A model generated the notes under the pieces. That model was not told the DNA's origin and made no database searches. It saw only the letters and a list, made by a program, of their open reading frames with translations. Shown in pieces: positions 9,221 to 18,513 of a stretch of 64,000 nucleotides of DNA (its first letter is position 1; every line of letters begins with the position of its first letter). The stretch lies in the IMG/VR virus record IMGVR_UViG_3300033412_000008, one strand, 5' to 3'. The stretch is from a virus. The translations under genes were made by a program, and so were the position numbers.

Positions 9221-9311
9221 ACATCGACTACCACAACATCAAGCCGAGTGACCTCTGGTTTGCTCGCATCGTTTGGCTGCTGGTTGGCCTGTTCGTGGGG
9301 CATAACTTCCT

Positions 9312-9521
9312 ATGAAGTCGCCTCTCGAAAAACGCTTCAGCGCTCAGAAGGAGTCGGCCGAAGCGCTCATTGCCGCGGAGTTTGGTGATGAAGCGTCCGG
9401 GTTCGTGTTCTCATTTTCGGAACTCGAATGCGTCATCGACTTCAAGCTGGGTAAAACCTGGGTGCGTTACGTGCTGATCGACAACGAAGACGAGCCAGAT
9501 AAACTGCGGCAGATCGGCTGA
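9312..9521 (+). CDS. Hypothetical protein
   Basis: Coupled ORF. Confidence 0.5.
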   Translation: MKSPLEKRFSAQKESAEALIAAEFGDEASGFVFSFSELECVIDFKLGKTWVRYVLIDNEDEPDKLRQIG

Positions 9522-9832
9522 TGGCACTCGCTGACGACAAGAAATGCGACGGTTGTGGCGCCGACCTCCGCGGGGCAGCGATTCCCGAGGATAGCCTGCA
9601 CTGCTACAACAGTGGGCCGAATGGGGAATTCCTTGCCACCATCGAGGATTACCGGGCCATTGCCGACCAGCTCGATAATCCCACGACGCATTTCTCCCGC
9701 GTCATTGGCGTCGAGTATCAAGACGGCTTTGATGGTGTCAGTGAGTGGCGCTGCCCGGATTGTGGGCGCCGTGAGGGGCGCTTCTCCGGCAAAGTACTGG
9801 AGGATGGCGAGGAGGAGGTTCGGCCGCGGTGA
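9521..9832 (+). CDS. Zinc-ribbon protein (paralog A)
   Basis: CDGC and CPDC pairs; VSEWRCPDCGRREGRF. Confidence 0.6.
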   Translation: MALADDKKCDGCGADLRGAAIPEDSLHCYNSGPNGEFLATIEDYRAIADQLDNPTTHFSRVIGVEYQDGFDGVSEWRCPDCGRREGRFSGKVLEDGEEEVRPR

Positions 9833-10074
9833 GCAACAACGAACAGATCATCCGCGAAGCCCTCAACGCGACGACCGCGAATCCCAAAGGCTACCCAGAG
9901 GACGGCAAGCTCTGCCGCATTGACTTCATTCAGGGCTTCGAGAAGTTCGGCGCCTATGAAACGTGGGGTTGTGGGTGGCGTGTCTCTGGCCGCGATGTGA
10001 TTGTCGAACACAAGAAACTCAACGCCGCCGTGAATGCCTGGGCGCTAGAGGTCTGGGAGAACGCTGTCGCGTGA
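9829..10074 (+). CDS. Hypothetical protein
   Basis: GTGA overlap, GAGGAGG RBS. Confidence 0.5.
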   Translation: MSNNEQIIREALNATTANPKGYPEDGKLCRIDFIQGFEKFGAYETWGCGWRVSGRDVIVEHKKLNAAVNAWALEVWENAVA

Positions 10075-10424
10075 CTGATGACGCCCTCATGAAAAGCCTA
10101 TTCGCTAGCGGTCGGCCGCCGGGACCGGCGCGCAAGCACGAGCCTGCGAAGAAGGACGCCAAGCTGGCCGACGGCTACTGCTGCCGGTGCGACCGGACGG
10201 TCATGCCCATCGGAGTCATCTACGAGGACGACCATCCTGAGTCGGCGCCGGGGGATGTCGGCCAGGTCAGCGAGTGGGAGTGCCCCCGCTGCGGCCGTCG
10301 CGAGGGGCGCTGGACCGGGTCCGTGCTGACGATGGGCGCCAGTGAGCCGTTCGAGGGAAAGGAAGACGACTCCAAGATCGAGGACGAGCAGGCCCGCTTC
10401 CCCACAGGGAGTCAGCCGCGGTGA
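10071..10424 (+). CDS. Zinc-ribbon protein (paralog B)
   Basis: CCRC and CPRC pairs; VSEWECPRCGRREGRW. Confidence 0.6.
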   Translation: MTDDALMKSLFASGRPPGPARKHEPAKKDAKLADGYCCRCDRTVMPIGVIYEDDHPESAPGDVGQVSEWECPRCGRREGRWTGSVLTMGASEPFEGKEDDSKIEDEQARFPTGSQPR

Positions 10425-11401
10425 GGCTCGCTGACGAAGCACAGATCATGCGCTGCCTGTTCGATGGCCGCCGGGACATTTTTGGTGTGGGCAAGGGCAC
10501 CATTGAGCGCTCGTCCACTGGCGCATTCTCCGAGGAGCGCTGGGATGGGCTGTTTGAGGCGCATCTACGCGGCGACCAGAATGCCGATCTCGGCATTTAT
10601 CTTGTTCGCGACGATGATACCGTCACCTACGCTCTGGTTGATATTGATGAGCCGAACTTTGACCTCGCCAAAGAGGTCGCCGACACGCTGCCGACTGACT
10701 ATGCGTGGGTTGAGCGTAGCCGGAGCGGTAACTACCATGTGCTCATTTTCTTCGATGAACCCCTGGAGGCATACTATGCCCGTGCCGTACTGCGCGGAGT
10801 TATTGTCGCTGTTGGACAACCAGCACTGGAGATTTTTCCTAAGCAGGATGGTCTGCGTGAGGGGATGGTAGGAAACTACGCTAGTATTCCGTGGCATGGC
10901 AACCAGCGGCCGATAGTGTGGGGTAAGTCTGGGCTTTGGAAGCATCAAGAGAATCTTGATTATCAAATTCTTCGTAAATTTTGGCTAGCATTCGCAGATG
11001 AACACCGTACGTCCGCCGAGGCTTGGCGGCGCCGTGGGCGGGCGCTGGGCGGCAAGCCGCGCGCTGAGGTCCGCTCAGGCGAGTTCGGCGAGCGCAATAG
11101 CCTTCATGTATGTGCGAGCTACATCTTCGAGCATCGTCACGATAATCCTCTAGTACCGGGCCACCGGGCCACCGTTCTCTTTAACGTTGCTAAGCAGCTA
11201 GCGAATTGCAAACATTACAATGAAAATGAGGCTATTCAGTTCATACAGGCAATTAACGACGCTGGGACCGATCCTATACCAGAGCGTGAAGTTCGTAGGT
11301 TTGTTAGGAACGCATATTCTGGAGGATTTACGAGTACTGGGTGCGACGAGGGCGGCATGAGCGCGTATGTTTCTCCGGACTGCAAGATAGCTAATGGCTA
11401 A
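10421..11401 (+). CDS. Archaeo-eukaryotic primase-type primase-polymerase with PriCT-like tail
   Basis: LVDIDE, ERSRSGNYHV, C-terminal PGHRATVLF. Confidence 0.75.
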   Translation: MRLADEAQIMRCLFDGRRDIFGVGKGTIERSSTGAFSEERWDGLFEAHLRGDQNADLGIYLVRDDDTVTYALVDIDEPNFDLAKEVADTLPTDYAWVERSRSGNYHVLIFFDEPLEAYYARAVLRGVIVAVGQPALEIFPKQDGLREGMVGNYASIPWHGNQRPIVWGKSGLWKHQENLDYQILRKFWLAFADEHRTSAEAWRRRGRALGGKPRAEVRSGEFGERNSLHVCASYIFEHRHDNPLVPGHRATVLFNVAKQLANCKHYNENEAIQFIQAINDAGTDPIPEREVRRFVRNAYSGGFTSTGCDEGGMSAYVSPDCKIANG

Positions 11402-11894
11402 GCACTATAGGGAGTTTCCAGATTGGTTTGAAGAACACATAGTTGCCGCACTATGCTCGCGGAGGTTTAATACTGGGCAAGTCGCTGCTTTGTTTGGTGT
11501 TACGCGCCATACTGTAATCAAAATTCGGCGGCGGTTTCATGTTCCTTTGACGTTGTATCCAAAGTGCCGCATTGTATATCCCTATAGCGATATACACGCG
11601 CCACATGAAGGCTACGTTAGTCGTGTACTACATCCGGCATATTGGCTGTATTCGTATGGTAGTCCTGTAGGACAGCCGAATGTGCGTGTAATGCTTGAGC
11701 ATCGACGCGTCATGGCGGAGTATCTACGTCGGCCGCTACTGTCAACTGAGACAATACATCATTTGAATGGTGATAAGCATGATAATCGCATTGAGAATCT
11801 AGAGTTGCATAGTGGAGAGCACGGTGCTGGACAGCGTTGGGTTTGTGCGAAATGTGGCTGTTCGGATAGGAAGGCAGTGTCTCTAGGTGCCTAA
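11394..11894 (+). CDS. HNH homing endonuclease
   Basis: EHRRVM..IHHLNGDKHDNRIENLEL; low GC. Confidence 0.85.
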   Translation: MAKHYREFPDWFEEHIVAALCSRRFNTGQVAALFGVTRHTVIKIRRRFHVPLTLYPKCRIVYPYSDIHAPHEGYVSRVLHPAYWLYSYGSPVGQPNVRVMLEHRRVMAEYLRRPLLSTETIHHLNGDKHDNRIENLELHSGEHGAGQRWVCAKCGCSDRKAVSLGA

Positions 11895-12267
11895 TCCTGG
11901 TTGGATTCCACCAACGACGAATTATGAGGACGATTGTTTCCGTCTCTCGCTTGCGTGCGCCACGGGGCTGTCGCTGGAGTCACTGCCACATATCGCCCCG
12001 GATGAGTTGACTGACCTGACGCCATCGCAGATCGACGCGATTTGGGTGGCCATCATGAAGGTGCTTGGGTGGAAACTTGGCTTGAGTGAGGCGGTTGACA
12101 AACCGGGAATGCATTTCTGGCTGGCCTGCGTGACCGACTCAACGCGCCTGAACCTACATATGGTTGTAATGCTTGGCCGCGACCTGTGGTACGACCCCGA
12201 GCAGAAGCGGAGTATTCGCCCACGCAAGTTCTACGAGAAATGGCACATAGGTCGCGATGAATCGTGA
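11887..12267 (+). CDS. Putative papain-like (C39-like) cysteine peptidase
   Basis: DDCFRLSLAC and HMVV..YDP; paralog at 55797. Confidence 0.4.
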   Translation: MPNPGWIPPTTNYEDDCFRLSLACATGLSLESLPHIAPDELTDLTPSQIDAIWVAIMKVLGWKLGLSEAVDKPGMHFWLACVTDSTRLNLHMVVMLGRDLWYDPEQKRSIRPRKFYEKWHIGRDES

Positions 12268-13402
12268 GTTTGAGAAACAGGCAGTAAATTACTTCGCAGG
12301 GCTTGACGCGGAAGCAAGGAAAGATGCCTTTTCTAGGGTCAACGCTGCCGTCAAGCTCACAGCCCCGGTCGATGAGGTCGATCCGCCGCCTCCGGTGCAT
12401 TCGCTGGAGGAGTATTTCGCGATGGACCTCAAGGAGCCGCCGAGTCTTATCTCGGACTGTCAGGTTGTGCGCGGCGAAATCACGGCGACCATCGCCCGCG
12501 CTGGCCGCGGGAAGACCACACTCCTCACGAACCGCATGATGCGGTGGGCTGCCGGGCTGCCGCTGTTCGATGACCTCCCAGACGTGCAGGCGCCCGACGA
12601 GCCGCTGCGGCTGCTCCTCATTGAGAACGAGGGAAGCGGCTACTACATGCGCGAAAACATGGAAAAGCTCTATGAGCACATCGCCATCACAGAGGAGAAG
12701 AAGGAACTCGCCAAAAAGAACCTGATGGTGTGGGGTGACGGTGGCTACACCGGCCTGAAGGTAGACCGCGACGAGGATATGGAAATTATCGAACGCGCTC
12801 TCCGTGAACACAAACCTGACATCCTTCTGCTGGAGCCATTCCGCGGTATCTGGTCCGGCGACGAGAACGATAACTCCGCAATGGAGGGCGTCCTTGATGG
12901 ACTCGTGGCGCTAGCGAACTCGTATGAGTGTGGGATCATGCTCTCGCACCACGCGAACAAGGCGCCCATCGAAGGCGACTGGATGGGTTCCTCGCGCGGT
13001 GCGACGGCGCTGGAGGGTAAGGTCGCCGCGATGGAGGTCTTCTACCCCGTTCACGCCGACGAGCAACGGGAGCTGAAGTGGGCGAAGAAGCGTTACGGCA
13101 AGAAGATTGCGCCCGCCCCGATCCGCATGGAGTACGACTTCGACACGCGCTCGCTCAAACGCATCCCCGACTCCGAGTTGGAGCAAGAAGTGCTGAGCTT
13201 CCTGGCGAGCGACGACCCGCCGATGTGGTGGAGCAAGGGACAGATAGCCGAGGAAGTTGACGAGACGCAGGACCGCATCGACAAGAAGGCTCTACGCTCA
13301 CTGCTTGCGCAGGGACGTATAGTAAAGAAGAACCAGGAAGGCACAACCAAGTATCGCCTCAAGGTGGGCGACAGCGACAAAGGAGAGGAGCTTGACTTCT
13401 AA
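12257..13402 (+). CDS. RecA-family AAA_25/RepA-like replicative helicase
   Basis: ARAGRGKTT, LLIENE, LLLEP, SHHANK, RGATAL. Confidence 0.8.
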   Translation: MNREFEKQAVNYFAGLDAEARKDAFSRVNAAVKLTAPVDEVDPPPPVHSLEEYFAMDLKEPPSLISDCQVVRGEITATIARAGRGKTTLLTNRMMRWAAGLPLFDDLPDVQAPDEPLRLLLIENEGSGYYMRENMEKLYEHIAITEEKKELAKKNLMVWGDGGYTGLKVDRDEDMEIIERALREHKPDILLLEPFRGIWSGDENDNSAMEGVLDGLVALANSYECGIMLSHHANKAPIEGDWMGSSRGATALEGKVAAMEVFYPVHADEQRELKWAKKRYGKKIAPAPIRMEYDFDTRSLKRIPDSELEQEVLSFLASDDPPMWWSKGQIAEEVDETQDRIDKKALRSLLAQGRIVKKNQEGTTKYRLKVGDSDKGEELDF

Positions 13403-13659
13403 TGGATGATAAACGCCCGCAGGAGAACATGACCGACGACTTTAAGGCGGAGGTCCAGAAGGCTACGGAGGCGGCGGCCGCACAGGTTGCCTTCTGGCGC
13501 GAGTTCTGGAAGGAGTGGATACCTGGCGGTCTGCGCAAACGCAAGCGCTACCGGACCAAGGGCCACGGCCGCAGGAAATTAGAACGTCGCCGCAAGAACA
13601 GGGTGGCGCGGGCTTCGCGCAAGCGGAACCGGCCGCACAAGAAACGGAGGAACAAATGA
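13402..13659 (+). CDS. Small protein with highly basic C-terminus
   Basis: Arg/Lys-rich tail RKRKRYRT...KKRRNK. Confidence 0.5.
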   Translation: MDDKRPQENMTDDFKAEVQKATEAAAAQVAFWREFWKEWIPGGLRKRKRYRTKGHGRRKLERRRKNRVARASRKRNRPHKKRRNK

Positions 13660-14465
13660 GCGGAATGGAACAAATAGAAGTCCTCGCTGAAAAAGCCGAA
13701 GTAGACGCGCTTGGGCCAGGCTACCGGCAACTTTACGATGAAGCTGGTGGCGCTTTGAAGCGCGAGGTCTTGGCGGCCGCAGCCGTAGACCCGGACGAAG
13801 GAAGCGTTGAAGACACGCGGCGCTGTCTCGATATTTACCCCGAGCGGGCGGCCGCGAACTCGCTGCATCGCGATGGACGGGATGCATGGAGCACGGCAGT
13901 CGGTAACATCGAGACGGCCTCCGGGCAACGTTACGACTTCCGTAGCCCGGACCCCGACACGGTCCTCCTTGCTGACATCGCACACGCTCTCTCGAACGTA
14001 TGTCGCTTCGCTGGACATATTCGGCGTTTTAACTCTGTTGCTGAGCACTCCGTGTTGGTTAGTCGGATTGTAGAGGCACGCTCGGCGGACGTTTACTGGT
14101 CTACAGTGGCGCTGCTACACGACGGTCATGAGGCATACATATGGGACGCGCCGTCTCCCGTGAAGCCGCTGCTTGGCGATGTGTTCAGGGAGTTGGGGGC
14201 GATTGCGGACAAAGTCATCGCTGAGAAGTTCCTTCCGCAGGTAGCGCCAACGGGACTAATCCCGCGGATCGAGGACTTCAAAGACCCACGGATCAAGGCG
14301 GCTGACCGTAACGCCTTGATGGTCGAAGGCCGCGCGCTGCTGCCGGTCGGACCCACCGACGACGAATGGGAGCCGCTGCCGCCGGGCGTTCAGTGGGACG
14401 GTGGCCTAACGCCCTACGAGGCAAAGACTCTATTCCTGCAACGTGCAAAGGAGCTGGGACTGTGA
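13656..14465 (+). CDS. HD-domain hydrolase (YfbR-like 5'-deoxynucleotidase)
   Basis: DIAHALSNVCRFAGH, SVAEHS, LLHDGHEAYIWD. Confidence 0.8.
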   Translation: MSGMEQIEVLAEKAEVDALGPGYRQLYDEAGGALKREVLAAAAVDPDEGSVEDTRRCLDIYPERAAANSLHRDGRDAWSTAVGNIETASGQRYDFRSPDPDTVLLADIAHALSNVCRFAGHIRRFNSVAEHSVLVSRIVEARSADVYWSTVALLHDGHEAYIWDAPSPVKPLLGDVFRELGAIADKVIAEKFLPQVAPTGLIPRIEDFKDPRIKAADRNALMVEGRALLPVGPTDDEWEPLPPGVQWDGGLTPYEAKTLFLQRAKELGL

Positions 14466-14797
14466 TGGAGAATATTTGGGTATGTAAGATAGGTGGCCGC
14501 ATAGACGAGTTGCCTGGCGGGCAAGATGCTCCGATGCGTCAAGCTGTCAACGCAGCGTTCACGGTTATTACTGGCTTGGAGGCTGAGTTCTGCTTTTCGG
14601 GCTGGTCAGGTACGTTGACAGAGGGAGAGCGGGCCTGTGTTGAGAATAGGGAGCCAGACATTACTAAGACGGCGCTAATGCCCCAGGATGCTAAGGCGTT
14701 GCTTGCGGCGATTATGGGCGATCATTTTGATAATGACGATCTAAATAGTGCACTTCATAAACTAGAATGGATTATTGAGGATGGGGGAGGAAACTAA
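14465..14797 (+). CDS. Hypothetical protein
   Basis: TGATG coupling. Confidence 0.5.
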   Translation: MENIWVCKIGGRIDELPGGQDAPMRQAVNAAFTVITGLEAEFCFSGWSGTLTEGERACVENREPDITKTALMPQDAKALLAAIMGDHFDNDDLNSALHKLEWIIEDGGGN

Positions 14798-15421
14798 ATG
14801 AAGATCATCGGACTGACTGGCGCCGCGGGTAGCGGCAAGGATACCGTTGCAGGGGTAGCTCTGGAGTGGTGCGAGGAGCACGGCTTGAACGCCGAACGCC
14901 TGGCGTTCGCGGACCCACTGAAGATCAGCGCGGCCGCCTGCTTCGGCGTCGCTGCCGAGGATGCACTGGAGTTCTGTAACTGGCTGAAGCAGCCTGGCCG
15001 CTATGTAATCGCGGCGCAGCTCGAAGGCCATCAGAACACGCGCAGTGATGATCCACAAGTTCGTGTTTCCGGTCGCCAATTCCTTCAGTTCTTCGGGACG
15101 GAGGCTCACCGCGACGTGTTCGGCACGGAGTTCTGGGTCGAGGTCACAGAGCGCGAGCTGGCGAAGCGCGCTGGGACCGATCTGGACGTGGTCTTTCTGA
15201 CGGACCCGCGCTTCCCGAGCGAGGCGACGATGATCCACAAACACGACGGCGAAATCTGGGAGGTCGTGCGGCCGCAGCAGAGCAAGGTCGAGGCCCACGC
15301 TTCCGAGGCAGGATTGCCCGAGGGCGCCATTGAGTTCCAGATTCATAACGTCAGCAGCCTTGATGCCTTGCGCGTGCTGGTACGCTCGGTATGCGAGGCC
15401 AATCTGAAGGAGGCAGAGTGA
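14798..15421 (+). CDS. Deoxynucleoside monophosphate kinase
   Basis: IIGLTGAAGSGKDT, LAFADPLK, RQFLQFFGTE, DPRFPSE. Confidence 0.9.
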   Translation: MKIIGLTGAAGSGKDTVAGVALEWCEEHGLNAERLAFADPLKISAAACFGVAAEDALEFCNWLKQPGRYVIAAQLEGHQNTRSDDPQVRVSGRQFLQFFGTEAHRDVFGTEFWVEVTERELAKRAGTDLDVVFLTDPRFPSEATMIHKHDGEIWEVVRPQQSKVEAHASEAGLPEGAIEFQIHNVSSLDALRVLVRSVCEANLKEAE

Positions 15422-15630
15422 GTAGCGTCATCTTCACGGATCAGCACGCCCCGGATGGGCGGACGATCCGCTTCAACGTAGACGAAGGAACCAGGGCGGC
15501 CGCGTCGAAAGTGACGACTGCCCTCCAGAGCGACATGCTTCTGGAAATCCCGAACGAGGAGGATGGACAGGAACCCATCTTCGTTAACCCCGAGCGCGTG
15601 GCGACCATCGTGCCACTGAAGGAGGACTAA
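15418..15630 (+). CDS. Hypothetical protein
   Basis: GTGA overlap, AAGGAGG RBS. Confidence 0.5.
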   Translation: MSSVIFTDQHAPDGRTIRFNVDEGTRAAASKVTTALQSDMLLEIPNEEDGQEPIFVNPERVATIVPLKED

Positions 15631-15631
15631 C

Positions 15632-16291
15632 GTGAGTCAATTCAAAGCGTGGCCCAAGATTCCGCGGCTCAACCGCGACTGCGTCGTGACTGAGAAGATC
15701 GACGGCACCAACGGCGCCGTCATCGTGGAGACGATGGAGCACGAGGGCGACTACACCGATGACGCCGTCGCAATAGTCCAGGCGCCCGACGATGTCTGGT
15801 ACGCCGTCTACGCGCAGAGCCGGAAGCACCTTCTTCAGCCGGGGAAGCAGTCCGACAACTTCGGCTTCGCCGGGTGGGTGAAGGAGAACGCTCTCGCCCT
15901 AGCGGCCGGTCTGGGAGAGGGCTACCACTTTGGCGAGTGGTACGGCTCAGGCATTCAGCGCGCCTACGGCCTCGACCACAAGCGCTTCGCGCTGTTCAAC
16001 GTTGGCCGCTGGCACGACCAGCAGGCCAACGGCTGCGGCCCTGACGTGGTGCCAGAGTGCTGCTCGGTGGTGCCGGTGCTCGCCGTTGGCGCCTTCAAGC
16101 CCGAGACGTGGGATGCCGCCCTCGGCGACCTCGCAGCCGACGGCAGCGCCGCGGCGCCGGGCTTCGACAACCCCGAGGGGATCGTCGTCTTCCACTCGGC
16201 CGCCCGGCAGTCGTTCAAGGTGACGCTAGAGGGCGATGAGTCGCCGAAGGGCGTCTACAAGGGGATGCACTCAGGCGAGGCGGCCGCATGA
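15632..16291 (+). CDS. RNA ligase (Rnl2-like nucleotidyltransferase domain)
   Basis: TEKIDGTNG, GEWYG, FALFN, PEGIVV. Confidence 0.8.
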   Translation: MSQFKAWPKIPRLNRDCVVTEKIDGTNGAVIVETMEHEGDYTDDAVAIVQAPDDVWYAVYAQSRKHLLQPGKQSDNFGFAGWVKENALALAAGLGEGYHFGEWYGSGIQRAYGLDHKRFALFNVGRWHDQQANGCGPDVVPECCSVVPVLAVGAFKPETWDAALGDLAADGSAAAPGFDNPEGIVVFHSAARQSFKVTLEGDESPKGVYKGMHSGEAAA

Positions 16292-16506
16292 AGCGTTGGC
16301 TTGGGAGTATTCTTCCTGGTGTGGTAATAGCGCTTGCCTTCAGTGTCGCTAGTCACATTGAGGATTCGATCTGGCATTTTGTCGCTTTGTGGGCAGCGTT
16401 CATGCTTCTTCAAATATTCTTTGTTCAGCGGTTTCCGCGGGCCGTAGCGCTGGAGTACGCATTGAAATTGAAGCCTGGACAGAAAGTTGAGGCTGAAGGT
16501 AAGTGA
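16288..16506 (+). CDS. Small membrane protein
   Basis: Two hydrophobic helices. Confidence 0.5.
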   Translation: MKRWLGSILPGVVIALAFSVASHIEDSIWHFVALWAAFMLLQIFFVQRFPRAVALEYALKLKPGQKVEAEGK

Positions 16507-16763
16507 AACATCCGATCCAGCACTTCGAGGCGATGAAGTGGCAGGACAAGGTCTTCTCGGTGGGGGAGATAGTCTTTCTTATCGGATTGATACCTTCACT
16601 GCTTAGTGACCATAAGCCCGCGGCTCTGACGAGCTTCATGACGGCAGCGATGTTGTATTCCTTTCTGCTCGTCTACGCTAGCTATAAACTGTGGGTAACG
16701 TTCGTACTTGGCGCCCTTACTGCGACCATCTGGCTCGCACTCGGTATCCAGGTGGCCGCATGA
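16503..16763 (+). CDS. Small membrane protein
   Basis: Three hydrophobic segments. Confidence 0.55.
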   Translation: MKHPIQHFEAMKWQDKVFSVGEIVFLIGLIPSLLSDHKPAALTSFMTAAMLYSFLLVYASYKLWVTFVLGALTATIWLALGIQVAA

Positions 16764-17038
16764 CAGTGCGTGAGTTTCTTTCCCAGCTCCAAGAAGCCCT
16801 CGACAGGGCAGCCTCTCGTAGGCTTTCGAACAAGGAGGTCATTGTCTCCTTTATCGCTCCCAGCTCGGGGTTCTGTGGGCCAACTATTCGGCCGAAGTTC
16901 TTGGGTTACACGGACGAGACGAAGACCATCACGAAGGGCGTTCCGGCGGAAGGTCGTTATGGCCTGACGCGCACTCAGGTCGAACGCCTGCTCGAAGCCT
17001 TCAACGTGACGCTCCCGCCGGAGAGCGAGTTCGCATGA
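16760..17038 (+). CDS. Hypothetical protein
   Basis: ATGA coupling. Confidence 0.5.
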   Translation: MTVREFLSQLQEALDRAASRRLSNKEVIVSFIAPSSGFCGPTIRPKFLGYTDETKTITKGVPAEGRYGLTRTQVERLLEAFNVTLPPESEFA

Positions 17039-17250
17039 GCGATAGCGCCCAGACAGCCGACGGTTGCCGCCGCTGCACGATCTGCGCGCTCTCGTTGCCC
17101 AACGACCCCGCGTGGGAGAAGTGCCCGAAATGCGGGGAGACAACCGACATCATCGTGAACGCAGGCCCGAACACGACGGCCGCCGAGGCTACGTCGCTAC
17201 TGCGGGCGCGTGAATTTGAGGAATATCTGGAGAAGGAGGGACGGACATGA
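17035..17250 (+). CDS. Small zinc-ribbon protein
   Basis: CTIC and CPKC. Confidence 0.5.
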   Translation: MSDSAQTADGCRRCTICALSLPNDPAWEKCPKCGETTDIIVNAGPNTTAAEATSLLRAREFEEYLEKEGRT

Positions 17251-17555
17251 TTGCAAATATCGCACTGGACTACACCGAGTGGGCGCCCCCGCTGTACATC
17301 GACGCAATCCGCATAGACATTGACACCTACGTCGCACAGCATGCTCGCTACCCAGCCAAGATTGTGCTGTGGGTTCACCAGTGGGACTTTCTCGTAAAGC
17401 AACACAAACACCTTATGCCGAAGTACATCGTGACGGAGGCGAAGTTCACGGGCAATGGAATTAACTTCTCCGCGCGCCCAGCAGAGTCAAGCGACGGCGG
17501 CCGTATCTGGGGAATTAAGGTAGAGGTTCGCGATCCAAAGGAGCACGCTCCATGA
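17247..17555 (+). CDS. Hypothetical protein
   Basis: ATGA coupling, AAGGAGG RBS. Confidence 0.5.
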   Translation: MIANIALDYTEWAPPLYIDAIRIDIDTYVAQHARYPAKIVLWVHQWDFLVKQHKHLMPKYIVTEAKFTGNGINFSARPAESSDGGRIWGIKVEVRDPKEHAP

Positions 17556-17854
17556 TTGAACCCGTGTCTCAATGCAAAGAGTTGGCGAAGGATCAATTTC
17601 CAGGTGATCCTGAACCGGATGGTCGCATCCATTGGCGTATTAATCGAGAAATGGAAATTGCTGAACAACTCGCTCTAGACATATTGACGCATGACGTAGG
17701 TAAAGTCTGGTATGCAGGCGCTCTCAGGGACGCAATTTACACTTCGCCTACTTGGGACATTGCCGAATCTTCGTGTATTAGTTTGGCACTCAATCGTATG
17801 GAGAAGCAGGGCAAAATTGAGGTAGATAAGGAAGGAATAGTGTTCTTGCCATGA
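17552..17854 (+). CDS. Hypothetical protein
   Basis: ATGA coupling. Confidence 0.45.
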   Translation: MIEPVSQCKELAKDQFPGDPEPDGRIHWRINREMEIAEQLALDILTHDVGKVWYAGALRDAIYTSPTWDIAESSCISLALNRMEKQGKIEVDKEGIVFLP

Positions 17855-18513
17855 TTGAAGCTCCCCCGAATCCGTGGCAGACTGAGGATAGCTACCGCCA
17901 CCTGTGCGGTACCTTTCCTGCGCTGCGTGACTGGAGCTGCCTAGAGGTTTGGCGCGGAAGCATCGCTCACGGCACGTACGTCCCGAACGACGACCCGCTG
18001 TCGATTGACGACAAGGACTTGATCGGAATCTGTATCCCGCCTGCGGAATACTACGTTGGGTTGCGTCAGTTCGGCAGCCGGGGGACGGAAGAAATCCAGA
18101 GTGACCCCTGGGATGTGGTGGTCTACGAGCACCGCAAGGCGCTCCGCCTCCTGGCGAAGGGCAACCCGAACATGCTCTGCATGTTGTGGGCGCCGCCCGA
18201 GTTCACCACGTACTACACGGCCGCCGGGGAGGCGCTGCTGGCCTGCACCGATAAGGACGTGATAGAGCGTGCAGCAACGTTGCTAGAGGTTAATCTTCGC
18301 GGCCCATATCAACAGAAAAATCACCACAAGGAGTATTGGACGTTTCGTCTAGCAGCGCGCGACGATGTCCTAGCGTGGTGTCATCGTCTGCGGCCACTTA
18401 TGGGCGTACGCCGCCAGGAACAAATCGACACAGTAATTGCCGCAGATAAGGAATATCCTCGGCGGCGGACTGGTGTCCATACGGGAAGGAAGAACGCATG
18501 GCAGAGCAGCTAA
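17851..18513 (+). CDS. Truncated Pol-beta-type nucleotidyltransferase fused to a LAGLIDADG C-terminal fragment
   Basis: RGSIAHG..DDKD..GNPN, followed by TDKDVIERAA..LRPLMGVRRQEQID, which is similar to the C-terminal half of ORF 49270-49698. Confidence 0.65.
   Translation: MIEAPPNPWQTEDSYRHLCGTFPALRDWSCLEVWRGSIAHGTYVPNDDPLSIDDKDLIGICIPPAEYYVGLRQFGSRGTEEIQSDPWDVVVYEHRKALRLLAKGNPNMLCMLWAPPEFTTYYTAAGEALLACTDKDVIERAATLLEVNLRGPYQQKNHHKEYWTFRLAARDDVLAWCHRLRPLMGVRRQEQIDTVIAADKEYPRRRTGVHTGRKNAWQSS

Noticed and set aside
13656-15421. DNA base-modification pathway suggested by HD hydrolase plus dNMP kinase
   Set aside because: No PurZ, queuosine-pathway, thymidylate synthase-like or glycosyltransferase gene was recognised.
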